A DNA stretch of 64,000 nt. Source: Bacteroidota bacterium (lineage in GTDB: Bacteria; Bacteroidota; Bacteroidia; AKYH767-A; 2013-40CM-41-45). A program made the position numbers and the translations under genes. Location of the stretch: NCBI GenBank assembly GCA_031361545.1, contig JANLRG010000511.1:91-64090 (forward strand), given 5' to 3'. This document shows positions 1-10,111 of the stretch, in pieces (the first letter of the stretch is position 1; every line of letters begins with the position of its first letter). The notes under the pieces are model-generated. The model was not told where the DNA came from, did not search any database, and saw only the letters and a list, made by a program, of their open reading frames with translations.

Positions 1-138
1 TTCCATTCTCAATTCTCAATTCTCAATTTTCAATCCTATCTTCCATCCTCAATTTTCAATCCTAAATTGTACATTCTCAATTTTCCATACTCAATTTTCA
101 ATCCTATCTTCCATTCTCAATTTTCCATTCTCAATTTT
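1..138. repeat. family A intergenic repeat: degenerate tandem 7-nt units (TCTCAAT / TTTTCAA / TTCCATC); truncated by window start
   Basis: Direct reading: more than 15 consecutive heptad-like units with a CTCAAT or TTCAAT core. The same unit family recurs at 27648-27880, 32277-32480 and 40781-40845. It ends exactly at the hflX stop codon. Confidence 0.8.
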
Positions 139-1332
139 TCAATCCTCTTCCGTTCTTCCTGGCAATGAATTCGGGTATCTTTTAAAATGAATCTCTTTTA
201 TTTCCTTCAATAGTTTGATGCGTAATTCTTCTATATTTATTTTTTTAGCGGCAGAAATAAATAAAGAAGTTCCTTCAATTCTACTGATCCAACTTTTCTT
301 TAAATCTTCTAAGGAAACATTTTCACTAGTTGATGGTGTAAGGTCATCGGCTTCTTTTTCAATCCATCGATAAGCATCAATTTTATTAAAAATAAGAATT
401 ACTTTTTTATCACTCGCACCGATATCAACTAAGGTCTGATTCACAACATTGATCTGATCTTCAAATTGCGGATGTGAAATATCTACCACATGCAATAAAA
501 TATCTGCTTCTCTCACTTCATCCAATGTAGATTTAAAACTTTCAATCAGATCATGAGGAAGTTTGCGAATAAACCCAACCGTGTCTGATAATAAAAATGG
601 AATTCTATCATACACCAGTTTCCTAACCGTTGTATCTAATGTTGCAAACAATTTATTTTCTGCGAATACTTCGCTCTTACTTAACAACGTCATCAAAGTT
701 GACTTCCCAACGTTTGTATATCCCACTAAGGCTACGCGAACAAATTCTCCTCGCTGCTTTCTTTGTGTCTGACTTTGCTTTTCAAAATCACGCAGCTTCC
801 CTTTTAGTTTGGTTAGCTTATCTTTAATTACTCGTCTATCTGTTTCAATTTCTGATTCACCCGGACCACGCATTCCAATTCCTCCGCGCTGTTTTTCAAG
901 GTGAGTCCACATTCGAGTAAGACGAGGAAGAAGATATTGATATTGTGCTAATTCAACTTGTGCTTTTGCTTGCGCGGTGCGCGCACGATTTGCAAAAATA
1001 TCAAGAATTAAATTATTTCGATCTAGCACCCTACAATCAAGGGCCTTTTCAATATTTCTAATTTGCGATCCACTTAACTCATCATCAAATATGGCTAACT
1101 TGACATCATTGGCTTTCATGTACTCACCAATCTGAAGCAACTTTCCACTTCCAATAAATGTTTTGGAATCGGGATGATCCATCTTTTGTGTAAATCTCTT
1201 TAGCGTATGAGCTCCTGCTGTTTCTGCTAAAAACGCTAGCTCATCGAGGTATTCACCGACCTGTTCTTCACTCTGATTTCTTTGAATCAATCCTACTAAA
1301 ATTGCTAACTCTTTTGAATGTGTCTCTTCCAT
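139..1332 (-). CDS. hflX: GTPase HflX
   Basis: HflX N-terminal domain (LVGLIQRNQSEEQVGEYLDELAFLAETAGA) plus a G-domain with a GYTNVGKST P-loop and DTVGF. The ORF-track start at 1335 is TTG; the ATG one codon in (1332) is used. Confidence 0.9.
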   Translation of the reverse strand: MEETHSKELAILVGLIQRNQSEEQVGEYLDELAFLAETAGAHTLKRFTQKMDHPDSKTFIGSGKLLQIGEYMKANDVKLAIFDDELSGSQIRNIEKALDCRVLDRNNLILDIFANRARTAQAKAQVELAQYQYLLPRLTRMWTHLEKQRGGIGMRGPGESEIETDRRVIKDKLTKLKGKLRDFEKQSQTQRKQRGEFVRVALVGYTNVGKSTLMTLLSKSEVFAENKLFATLDTTVRKLVYDRIPFLLSDTVGFIRKLPHDLIESFKSTLDEVREADILLHVVDISHPQFEDQINVVNQTLVDIGASDKKVILIFNKIDAYRWIEKEADDLTPSTSENVSLEDLKKSWISRIEGTSLFISAAKKINIEELRIKLLKEIKEIHFKRYPNSLPGRTEED

Positions 1333-1345
1333 CAATCGATCAATA

Positions 1346-1993
1346 TTATTCTACAGTTGGTTTTTGAATTTTCATTGTGCCAACATAATTTGCTACTGCG
1401 GCAATGTTTTCATCACTTAAAATCAGATTGTATCCTGGCATTTTACTCTTGCTCCCTTCTTTCACCATTTGTTGAATATCATCCATTCCAAATTGAGAAA
1501 TAGTTAAGTCTTTAGCCCCGCGATACATTTTTTTGCCATCCGCTCCATGACAGAAAACACAATTTTCAAAGTAAACTTTTGCCCCTAGAGCAGTGCTACT
1601 AGTTGCATTGCCATGCATTGTTACATTGGCAGCAATGAATGGTTTATTCTTACTAGCTTCCGACAAACCATAGGCTCCAATAATTAAGAGCAATGCAAAA
1701 AAAGCTAAACCTTTGTTTTGTTTTTTGAAACCAATAATTGCAATTGGAATACTAGAGAACACTAATATTAATTTAATTATCTGAAGTACTTTGATGCCTC
1801 CTAAAATTAAGAACAACCAAATTCCCGTCGCTAAGAAACTAAAACTAATTATCATTTCAGGAACTTTGGTAATTCGTGAATAATTTTCTAGCTTTCTCTT
1901 ACTGGTAAAAAGAAGGATAGTTTTGATTAAATAGGTTATTAAAAATAACATCACGGATATTCCATGGATGCGAGCAAGTAAAATTGAGTCCAT
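1346..1993 (-). CDS. membrane-anchored c-type cytochrome (several N-terminal TM helices, C-terminal class I cytochrome c domain)
   Basis: CxxCH haem-binding motif (CVFCHGADG) near the C-terminus and a hydrophobic N-terminal half. It sits 10 bp upstream of hflX on the same strand. Confidence 0.7.
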   Translation of the reverse strand: MDSILLARIHGISVMLFLITYLIKTILLFTSKRKLENYSRITKVPEMIISFSFLATGIWLFLILGGIKVLQIIKLILVFSSIPIAIIGFKKQNKGLAFFALLLIIGAYGLSEASKNKPFIAANVTMHGNATSSTALGAKVYFENCVFCHGADGKKMYRGAKDLTISQFGMDDIQQMVKEGSKSKMPGYNLILSDENIAAVANYVGTMKIQKPTVE

Positions 1994-2534
1994 ACTAATA
2001 TGTTTGTGGTAAAAATAAGAAAAATCTAACGAGTACTACGGTAAAAATAGTATTCTAATGAACACTTGAAACAATCGTTTAATAAAATGTTCAAAGCAAA
2101 AAAATGCTGTCAGGCTTGAATGGCAACATTTCTGAAAAGCTGATTTTTTAAATTAAATTTATTATTCTTTTTCCTTGTGAGGGATGTTATATTATTCTCT
2201 TACGGTTGCTGCAAATTGATTTTATGCATAGGAGCGGCGGTTTCTACCAATCTAATCTTTGCTGCCAAAAGTTTATGTTTTTCAACTTCCTTGAATAGTC
2301 CGAGATTGGCTTCTGCTAGTCCCATGATTAGGAGGGAATCGACATCACTAAGACTTATTATTACATCGTTGAAATAATTTTTTAATTCACGCTTCTCTCT
2401 TTCTTCCACTGTTTTTTTTGTGATTTTTTTGACGAATTCCCATTAGATTGTTAACCAAAAATTAGCCGATAATTAATTGAAACTTGCCAGCAGTATGAAG
2501 CAAAATACTATCTTTCGTGACTCAAATATTATTT

Positions 2535-5500
2535 ATGAAAAGAATATTTACCATCCTTTCACTATCGGTTTGTTATTCGTTGGCATATTCCCAACAAACA
2601 TTTCCTGTAAATGGCCCAATGGATAAGCGGCATACTATTTTTGTTTTTAAAAATGCTGTGCTTCATGTTGATTACAAAACAACAATCAATAATGCAACAT
2701 TAATTATTCAAGATGGAAAAATCATTGACGAAGGAGAAAATCTTTCTTACACTCCAGATGCTGTGGTATTTGATTTAAATAAAAAACATATTTATCCTTC
2801 TTTGATTGATATCTTTTCCGATTATGGATTGCCTGAGGTGAAAAAAGCATATGATAGAAATGAAGTCCCGCAATTTTTAAGCAATACTCGTGGCGCTTAT
2901 GATTGGAATCAAGCAGTAAAGCCAGAAGTTGAAGCACACAGAAAGTTTGTAGTCGATGCAAGAAAAGCAGATGAACTACGGAAACTAGGATTCGGCGTGG
3001 TCAATACAATTAGTCGTGATGGAATTGTAAGGGGAACTTCATCAGTTGTTCTATTGGCTGATGAAAAAGAAAACGATGTCGTTTTACAATATCGTGCCAG
3101 CTCAAATTTTTCGTTCGATAAGGGTTCTTCCACTCAAGATTATCCGGCTTCTTTAATGGGAGCCATTGCATTGATTCGCCAAACTTATTATGATGCGGAC
3201 TGGTATATGAATGGTGGTTATAAAGTAGAGTTTAATATTTCTTTAAATTCATTTAATGGAAATAAAAACTTGCCGCAGATTTTTGAAGCGAATGAAAAGC
3301 AAAATGATTTAAGAGCAGCAAAGATTGGAAAAGAATTTGGTGTAAACTTTATTATCAAAGGCGGGACAGATGAATATGAAAGAATTGAAGAAATAAAAAA
3401 TTCGGGAAATGCTTTTATTCTCCCTCTCAATTTTCCAGAAGGATATGATTTTACTGATCCATACGATGCTTTGAACGTGACCTTACATCAATTAAAATCA
3501 TGGGAGTTAGCCCCAACTAATCCTGCGACTTTTGTAAAAAACAATATTCAATTTGCCATCACTTCATCAGACTTAAAAAACAAAAATGAATTTTGGAAAA
3601 ATCTTCACAAAGCTTTTGACAATGGGCTAACCGAAGAAGAAGCTCTCAAGGCATTAACGTACACTCCATCTGCAATGTTGAAAATGGAGAATGAAATTGG
3701 AGCGCTACGGAAAAATATGAGTGCTAATTTTATTATCACTAGTTCTAATTTTTCTAATAAGGAAAATGTAATATTTGAGAATTGGGTTAATGGAAATCGA
3801 TATCAACTCTCAGATCCGAATGTGAAAAATTTAACGGGAAATTATACTCTTCAAATTGATAATAAAAAACCTCTACGTGTAAAAATTTCTGGTGACGCTT
3901 CAAATTATGAAGGAGCCATTTATGAAGATACAACATCTAGCAAAATAAAAATTTCGCAAGTGGGAGCAACAGTTACAATGAGTTTTGAGTTGAAGAAAGG
4001 GGAGATGCAAGGAAGTTATCGTCTGAGTAGTGAAACAATGATTCCACAATTAAATGGAAATGTTCTTTTGCCAAATGGTGATTGGAGGAAATGGTCTTTG
4101 AAATATGATTCACTATTTGTAAAAGCAATTCCTAAGCAAGACTCAATTAAAAGCGACAGCACTAAAGGAGTAGTATTTTTTCCTAACATGGCTTTTGGAT
4201 TTAAAGAATTGCCTAAAGCAAAAACTTATTTAATTACGAATGCAACTATTTGGACGAATGAAGCCGATGGGATATTGAAGAATTCAGATATTCTTTTTAC
4301 TGAAGGAAAAATTAAACAAATAGGAAAAAATATTTCTGCTCCCTCAGGTGCTGAAGTCATTGATGGAACTAACTTAAATGTAACGCCAGGCATTATTGAT
4401 GAACACTCTCATATTGCAGTTTCTCAGTCGGTAAATGAAGGAACACAATCTTCTAGCGCTGAAGTTAGAATTGCTGACGTAATTGATGCAGATGATATTC
4501 AAATTTATCGTCAGTTGTCTGGTGGAGTTACTACATCCCATTTACTTCACGGTAGTGCTAATGCAATAGGTGGACAAACTCAACTGATTAAATTGCGTTG
4601 GGGTCAATCACCTGAAAAGTTGAAATTTGCCGGCGCTCCCGGATTTATAAAATTTGCGCTCGGAGAAAATGTGAAGCAAAGCAATTGGGGCGATAATCAA
4701 GTTACACGTTTTCCTCAAAGCAGAATGGGAGTAGAGCAAGTCTATATGGATTATTTTGGAAGAGCGACGACTTATAATTCTGCGATGTCATTAGCTTCTG
4801 CAACTGTTACGAAAAAGGGAACGGTTACCAATTCAATTCCTGTCAGACGTGATTTAGAATTGGATGCTTTGGTCGAAATTATAAAAGGGCGAAGGTTTAT
4901 TACTTGCCATAGTTATGTTCAAAGTGAAATTAATATGTTGATGCATGTTGCCGACACGTTTGGTTTTAAAGTAAATACTTTTACGCACATTCTTGAAGGA
5001 TATAAAGTCGCAGATAAAATGAAAGCCCATGGCGTGAGTGGTGTTTCAACATTTGCTGATTGGTGGGCTTATAAGTATGAAGTGTATGAAGCGATTCCTT
5101 ACAACGGTGCTATCATGCACAGTATGGGATTGAATGTTTCTTATAATTCTGATGATGCAGAAATGGCTAGGCGATTGAATCAGGAAGCTGCAAAAGCTGT
5201 CATGTACGGAGGAGTGAGTGAAGAAGAGGCGTTCAAATTTGTCTCTTTAAATCCTGCAAAAATGTTACATATCGATAATCAAACAGGAAGTTTGAAAGTT
5301 GGAAAAGATGCAGACATCGTTTTGTGGAATGCAAATCCATTATCAATTTATGCTAAACCACTAAAAACATTTGTTGATGGCATCCTCTATTTCGATGGTC
5401 AAAGAGACGAACAAATGCGAAAAGAAATTGTATCTGAAAAAGTGCGTCTCATTAAAAAAATGACGGAGGCTAAAAATAAAGGCGAGGGAATGCAAAAACC

Positions 5501-5561
5501 TGCTTTCAAGGCTACAGAATTAAAGCATTGCAATGAAATGGAATTAATATTACCTAGATAA
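2535..5561 (+). CDS. secreted amidohydrolase-family protein, two-domain (about 1000 aa)
   Basis: Signal peptide (MKRIFTILSLSVCYSLAYSQ). Metal-dependent amidohydrolase motifs (HSHIAVSQSV, HGSANAIGG, GSDD-like D near the C-terminus). The ORF-track start 2517 is GTG; the first ATG is 2535. Confidence 0.75.
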   Translation: MKRIFTILSLSVCYSLAYSQQTFPVNGPMDKRHTIFVFKNAVLHVDYKTTINNATLIIQDGKIIDEGENLSYTPDAVVFDLNKKHIYPSLIDIFSDYGLPEVKKAYDRNEVPQFLSNTRGAYDWNQAVKPEVEAHRKFVVDARKADELRKLGFGVVNTISRDGIVRGTSSVVLLADEKENDVVLQYRASSNFSFDKGSSTQDYPASLMGAIALIRQTYYDADWYMNGGYKVEFNISLNSFNGNKNLPQIFEANEKQNDLRAAKIGKEFGVNFIIKGGTDEYERIEEIKNSGNAFILPLNFPEGYDFTDPYDALNVTLHQLKSWELAPTNPATFVKNNIQFAITSSDLKNKNEFWKNLHKAFDNGLTEEEALKALTYTPSAMLKMENEIGALRKNMSANFIITSSNFSNKENVIFENWVNGNRYQLSDPNVKNLTGNYTLQIDNKKPLRVKISGDASNYEGAIYEDTTSSKIKISQVGATVTMSFELKKGEMQGSYRLSSETMIPQLNGNVLLPNGDWRKWSLKYDSLFVKAIPKQDSIKSDSTKGVVFFPNMAFGFKELPKAKTYLITNATIWTNEADGILKNSDILFTEGKIKQIGKNISAPSGAEVIDGTNLNVTPGIIDEHSHIAVSQSVNEGTQSSSAEVRIADVIDADDIQIYRQLSGGVTTSHLLHGSANAIGGQTQLIKLRWGQSPEKLKFAGAPGFIKFALGENVKQSNWGDNQVTRFPQSRMGVEQVYMDYFGRATTYNSAMSLASATVTKKGTVTNSIPVRRDLELDALVEIIKGRRFITCHSYVQSEINMLMHVADTFGFKVNTFTHILEGYKVADKMKAHGVSGVSTFADWWAYKYEVYEAIPYNGAIMHSMGLNVSYNSDDAEMARRLNQEAAKAVMYGGVSEEEAFKFVSLNPAKMLHIDNQTGSLKVGKDADIVLWNANPLSIYAKPLKTFVDGILYFDGQRDEQMRKEIVSEKVRLIKKMTEAKNKGEGMQKPAFKATELKHCNEMELILPR

Positions 5562-5580
5562 TTTATTTTTAATAGTTACT

Positions 5581-6906
5581 ATGAAAAAGTCAATCTATAT
5601 CTTATTTATGATAGTCGGTTTAAATGCTAAAGCACAAAATCCAACACCGGCTTTAAAGCAATCTCAAAGAATATTAATACTAAACGGGACAGCGCATTTA
5701 GGAAATGGAAAAGTTATTCAAAATTCTGCAATAGGATTTGAAAACGGAAAGTTCACGCTCGTTTCTGATGCGACACTAATTAAAATTGATCGAACAAAAT
5801 TTGATAAAATAATTGATGCAGCAGGAAAACAAGTTTATCCTGGTCTCATTGAAATGAATTCGAGTATCGGTCTGACGGAAATAGATTTGGTTCGATCAAC
5901 ACTCGATAATAATGAAGTTGGAGAATTCAATCCAAACGTACGGAGTATCATTGCTTATAATACCGATTCAAAAATTATTCCTACCGTAAGATGTAATGGA
6001 GTTTTATTGGCCCAAATTGTTCCTGATGGTGGAGTGATTAGTGGATTGTCGAGTGTTGTTCAATTGGATGGTTGGAATTGGGAAGATGCTGTTTATAAAA
6101 TGGACGAAGGCGTTCACGTTAATTGGCCGCGAATGTTTGTCTATAAGGGCCCTGGCGCCGATTCAATAGCCGTTCAACAAAATAAAATACAAAAGCAGTT
6201 AAGTCAATTGCAGTTATTTTTTCAAGAAGCAAAATCATATTGTAGTTTGACTCCTGAAAATAATGGAAAAATTTCCTCTGACAAAACAACAACTGACAAG
6301 AATATAAAGTTCGAAGCCATGCGAAAATTATTTGACGGCACTAAAACGATGTATGTCCATTGTGGCTATGTACAAGAAATTATTAGCGCAGTTGAAATGG
6401 GAGAAAAGTTTGGAATCAGAACTTGCATTGTAGGTGGATATGATTCATATCGCGTATTGGATCTTTTAAAATCTAAAAATATTTCAGTTGTATTGGGCAG
6501 AACTCATTCACTTCCTCCTCGTGAAGATGATGATGTAGATCTTCCTTATAAATTACCAGCAATATTGGCAAAGTCGGGTATTAACTATGCAATTTCAGTG
6601 GACGGTTCATGGCAGTCTAGAAATCTTGCTTTCAATGCAGGTACTTCTGCAGGTTATGGTTTAACACAGGAAGAGGCGCTTATGTCTATTACAAGTAACC
6701 CGGCAAAAATTTTGGGCATTGATAAAATAGCAGGGACGATTGAAGAAGGCAAAGATGCTACCTTAGTTATTTCTGATGGAGATATTCTTGACATGAGAAC
6801 AAATCATGTTGTAGAAGCTTTTATTGTGGGCAAAGAAATAAATTTGGATAATATTCAGAAACAACTTTATCACAAGTATCTTAATAAATACGGACTAAAT
6901 AAATAA
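5581..6906 (+). CDS. secreted amidohydrolase-family protein (about 440 aa)
   Basis: Signal peptide. Amidohydrolase-like fold signatures (VHCGYVQE, AISVDGS, GDILDM). It is a paralogous partner of the upstream gene, and these are often paired in Bacteroidota. Confidence 0.65.
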   Translation: MKKSIYILFMIVGLNAKAQNPTPALKQSQRILILNGTAHLGNGKVIQNSAIGFENGKFTLVSDATLIKIDRTKFDKIIDAAGKQVYPGLIEMNSSIGLTEIDLVRSTLDNNEVGEFNPNVRSIIAYNTDSKIIPTVRCNGVLLAQIVPDGGVISGLSSVVQLDGWNWEDAVYKMDEGVHVNWPRMFVYKGPGADSIAVQQNKIQKQLSQLQLFFQEAKSYCSLTPENNGKISSDKTTTDKNIKFEAMRKLFDGTKTMYVHCGYVQEIISAVEMGEKFGIRTCIVGGYDSYRVLDLLKSKNISVVLGRTHSLPPREDDDVDLPYKLPAILAKSGINYAISVDGSWQSRNLAFNAGTSAGYGLTQEEALMSITSNPAKILGIDKIAGTIEEGKDATLVISDGDILDMRTNHVVEAFIVGKEINLDNIQKQLYHKYLNKYGLNK

Positions 6907-6912
6907 CAACTA

Positions 6913-8982
6913 ATGAAAATGAAATTTGCAAATATTGTTTTAATCAGTTCAATTGTTCTTGCATTCGCTTGTGGAAATAATAACAAAGGCGCCGAATCAG
7001 CTTCTGCAAAAATGGAAGATACTTCATTTGATTTCATTGCAGATCGATTCGCAGATATTCAAGTGTTGCGCTATAAGATTCATGATTTCGATAAACTGTC
7101 TTTGCAACAGAAAGAACTCGCATATTATTTAGCACAAGCAGGATTGTCGGGAAGAGATATTTTTTATGATCAAAAATATCGTTATGGAATAGCATTGAGA
7201 AAAACGTTGGAAAATATTCTTCAATCTTATCAAGGCGAAAAAAAAGGTGAAGAATGGGATAAGTTTATTCTTTATTGTAACAGATTTTTTTTCGCCAATG
7301 GGAATCATCATCATTATTCTGCAGATAAAATTATTCCGACCTGCTCACAAGAATATTTTAATTCGCTGATAGAGAAAAGCGATAAAAGTAAATTTCCTTG
7401 GTTTGGAATTAATCAAGATGAGGCGCAGGTTTCTTTGATGAAAGTTATTTTCGATTCTACTTTCGATCCTAAAAATGTGGATCTCTCGGCTAAAGATGTA
7501 ATTGCTTCAAGTTGCAATAATTTTTATCAAGGCTTAACACAAGTAGAAGTTGAAGATTATTACAATGTAATTAAGAAAAAGGATTCGACGAATCGTTCGC
7601 AGATTGGATTCAATTCACAGTTAGTTAAAGAGAACGGACAAATTGTTGAGAAAACTTGGAAGCAAGGAGGAATGTATGGACCAGCGATTGATAAAATAAT
7701 TTATTGGCTGCAAAAAGCCATTTCAGTAGCGGAAAATAATCAGCAGAAGACAACATTTGAAGCATTAATAAAATTTTATCAGTCTGGCGATCCAAAAGAA
7801 TTTGATAATTATAGTATTGCTTGGGTTGGCGATACTACTTCTCACGTTGATGCTGTCAATGGATTTATTGAAGTTTATCAAGATGCTTTGCAAAAGAAAT
7901 CAGCATTCGAAAGTGTTGTTTCAATGAAAGACATGGAGGCGACTAAGCGTATTGCTGCTGTCTCTCATGAAGCGCAATGGTTTGAAGATAATTCTCCGAT
8001 TATGAAAGAACATAAAAAAGCTAACGTGAAAGGAATTACTGCTAAAGTTATTACTGTTATTTTAGAAAGCGGTGATGCTGCTCCTGCCACTCCCATTGGA
8101 ATTAATTTACCAAATAACGAATGGATACGGGAAGAGATAGGTTCAAAATCTGTTTCACTAAGTAATATTATTGAGGCGTATAATTTTTATAAATCGAAGT
8201 CGCCAATGATCGATGAATTTGGATCAAGTGATTCGTTGAAAGAGAGAGTAAGAAAATTTGCAGCTTTTGCTGGTGAATTGCACACAAATTTACATGAAGT
8301 CATCGGTCATGCTTCGGGAAAATTAAACGAAGGAGTTGGGTCCACAGATCAAACCCTAAAGAATTATGCTGGAGTATTGGAAGAAGCAAGAGCTGATCTG
8401 GTTGGGTTGTATTATATCATGGATCAAAAATTAGTTGACATCGGTGTAAGTCCATCGATGGAAGTTGGCAAAGCAGAATATGATTCTTACATTTTGAATG
8501 GTTTAATGACTCAGTTGCAGCGAATAGAACCGGGGAAGAATTTGGAGGAAGCACACATGAGAAACAGACAACTTATTTCTGGATGGGCATTGAAGAATGG
8601 TGAGAAGGATAAAGTTATTGAGAGAATCAATCGTGATGGAAAAACATTTTTTGTTATCAATGACTATGGAAAACTAAGAACTTTGTTTGGTCAATTACTT
8701 CGAGAAATACAACGTGTAAAGTCTGAAGGAGATTTTAAAGGCGGAAAAATGTTGGTTGAAACATTTGGTGTGAAAGTAGATCAAGCATTATTGACAGAAG
8801 TGCATTCTCGTTTTGAAAAATTAAATATAGCTCCGTATATGGGCTTCATCCAACCAAAATTGATTCCAGTTATGGATGGTGATCGGATGACTGATGTGAA
8901 AGTAGAATATCCAAAAAGTCTAATTACTCAAATGTTAGATTATGGAAATAACTATAGTTTTCTTCCTGCATATTGGAAGTAA
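6913..8982 (+). CDS. peptidase family M49 (dipeptidyl-peptidase III-like) lipoprotein
   Basis: HEVIGH (HExxGH) followed by EEARAD (EExRAE/D), the two zinc-binding motifs of M49. N-terminal lipoprotein-like signal (LAFACG). Confidence 0.75.
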   Translation: MKMKFANIVLISSIVLAFACGNNNKGAESASAKMEDTSFDFIADRFADIQVLRYKIHDFDKLSLQQKELAYYLAQAGLSGRDIFYDQKYRYGIALRKTLENILQSYQGEKKGEEWDKFILYCNRFFFANGNHHHYSADKIIPTCSQEYFNSLIEKSDKSKFPWFGINQDEAQVSLMKVIFDSTFDPKNVDLSAKDVIASSCNNFYQGLTQVEVEDYYNVIKKKDSTNRSQIGFNSQLVKENGQIVEKTWKQGGMYGPAIDKIIYWLQKAISVAENNQQKTTFEALIKFYQSGDPKEFDNYSIAWVGDTTSHVDAVNGFIEVYQDALQKKSAFESVVSMKDMEATKRIAAVSHEAQWFEDNSPIMKEHKKANVKGITAKVITVILESGDAAPATPIGINLPNNEWIREEIGSKSVSLSNIIEAYNFYKSKSPMIDEFGSSDSLKERVRKFAAFAGELHTNLHEVIGHASGKLNEGVGSTDQTLKNYAGVLEEARADLVGLYYIMDQKLVDIGVSPSMEVGKAEYDSYILNGLMTQLQRIEPGKNLEEAHMRNRQLISGWALKNGEKDKVIERINRDGKTFFVINDYGKLRTLFGQLLREIQRVKSEGDFKGGKMLVETFGVKVDQALLTEVHSRFEKLNIAPYMGFIQPKLIPVMDGDRMTDVKVEYPKSLITQMLDYGNNYSFLPAYWK

Positions 8983-9007
8983 GAAAAAATATTAATGTAA
9001 AATTAAA

Positions 9008-9041
9008 AAGCGAATCTGAAATTTCAGAGTCGCTTTTTTTA
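9008..9041. terminator. bidirectional rho-independent terminator between convergent M49 and MIP genes
   Basis: Hairpin GCGAATCTGAA / TTCAGAGTCGC with one mismatch, flanked by an A-run upstream and a T7 run downstream. Confidence 0.7.
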
Positions 9042-9683
9042 TGCCATTATTTTATTTTTCCAAAGCCATGCCATCGAAATGGCTCCAATAAAAGGTCCAC
9101 AGATATAAATCCATAGTGAATTGAGGTTTCCTGAAATCAGAGCTGGCGCAATTGTTCGTGCGGGGTTCATTGATGCCCCACAAATTGGTCCAGCAAAATT
9201 TGCTTCCAGAAAAACGGTAAACCCTATTGCAAGTGCAGGGATGTATTTGGAATGATGAAAAAATTTCTCCGAAAATAAAATTACTGCCATCAAAATAAAT
9301 GTTAAAACTACTTCAAGGATAAACGACTCTAAATAACTTCCGGCAGGAATTGTATTTCCTAAATTGATGTTTTGTGGGAAGAGAGAATGCAGAAGCAAAG
9401 TAGCGGTGAGTCCACCAGCAATCTGACTAATGATATAGGGAAGAATTTTTTTTCGTTGAAACCAACCAACAATTGCTAAGCTTACACTAACAGCAGGATT
9501 AATATGAGATCCGGAAAATTTTCCTAACAATAGAATCATCAGTGTGACAACTAGTCCAAATGAAATAGCTATTCCGCTTACACCAAGAATTCCATTGTAT
9601 TCTTCATTAATGATTATTGAGCCTGTCCCAACTAAGACTAGTGAAAAAGTCCCAATAAATTCTGAAAGGATTTTTTTGATCAT
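9039..9683 (-). CDS. MIP-family channel (aquaporin/aquaglyceroporin) in an ars operon context (AqpS-like role)
   Basis: Two NPA boxes (HINPAVS, SMNPART) and six TM segments. It overlaps the arsC stop by 4 bp (ATGA). Confidence 0.85.
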   Translation of the reverse strand: MIKKILSEFIGTFSLVLVGTGSIIINEEYNGILGVSGIAISFGLVVTLMILLLGKFSGSHINPAVSVSLAIVGWFQRKKILPYIISQIAGGLTATLLLHSLFPQNINLGNTIPAGSYLESFILEVVLTFILMAVILFSEKFFHHSKYIPALAIGFTVFLEANFAGPICGASMNPARTIAPALISGNLNSLWIYICGPFIGAISMAWLWKNKIMA

Positions 9684-10111
9684 GCAGAAACACTATGAAT
9701 AAAATCAAGGACAGCAGTTTTAATTTGATCACGAATTTTGATAGTCATAATCAATTGCTCTTCTTCGGTTCCAGTGAATGAGGATGGATCTTCGAAAGAC
9801 CAATTGATTTTTTTATGCGGGCCAGTAAAAAGTGGACATCTTGATGCATTTGCTTCGTCACAAACGGTAATGACAAAATCAAAAGATTTTCCTTCTCTGT
9901 GGAAGTCGAATACATTTTTTGTTTTATTCTGACTGATGTCAATTCCATCCATTGCCATTGCTTTTATTGCGAATGGATTTAATGTTCCAGCTTCTAACCC
10001 TGCGCTTTCAGCCATGAATAAATCATTTGCAAATTTTTTCAAATATGCTTCACCCATCTGACTGCGAGCTGAGTTGTGAATGCAGAGAAACAGTACTTTA
10101 ATTTGTTTCAT
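9680..10111 (-). CDS. arsC: arsenate reductase, LMW-PTP (thioredoxin-coupled) type
   Basis: CX5R P-loop (LCIHNSARSQMGEAYL) at the N-terminus, about 140 aa. The second in-frame ATG is used as the start (MKQIKVLFLC); the ORF could also start at 10120. Confidence 0.85.
   Translation of the reverse strand: MKQIKVLFLCIHNSARSQMGEAYLKKFANDLFMAESAGLEAGTLNPFAIKAMAMDGIDISQNKTKNVFDFHREGKSFDFVITVCDEANASRCPLFTGPHKKINWSFEDPSSFTGTEEEQLIMTIKIRDQIKTAVLDFIHSVSA

Noticed and set aside
563-827. Short ORFs antisense to hflX, with similar antisense or overlapping ORFs throughout the track (for example 2722-3430, 15232-17264, 21317-21935, 45673-48198, 52929-53906, 55900-56642)
   Set aside because: They lie entirely inside well-supported long genes on the opposite strand or in an alternative frame. 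They have AT-rich codon composition and no domain signatures, and are typical spurious ORFs.
2200-2409. 69-aa ORF in the divergent promoter region between the cytochrome c gene and the amidohydrolase
   Set aside because: No recognisable domain. It overlaps an equally long ORF on the other strand. The region is more simply the shared promoter region. It might be a real small protein but I cannot support it.
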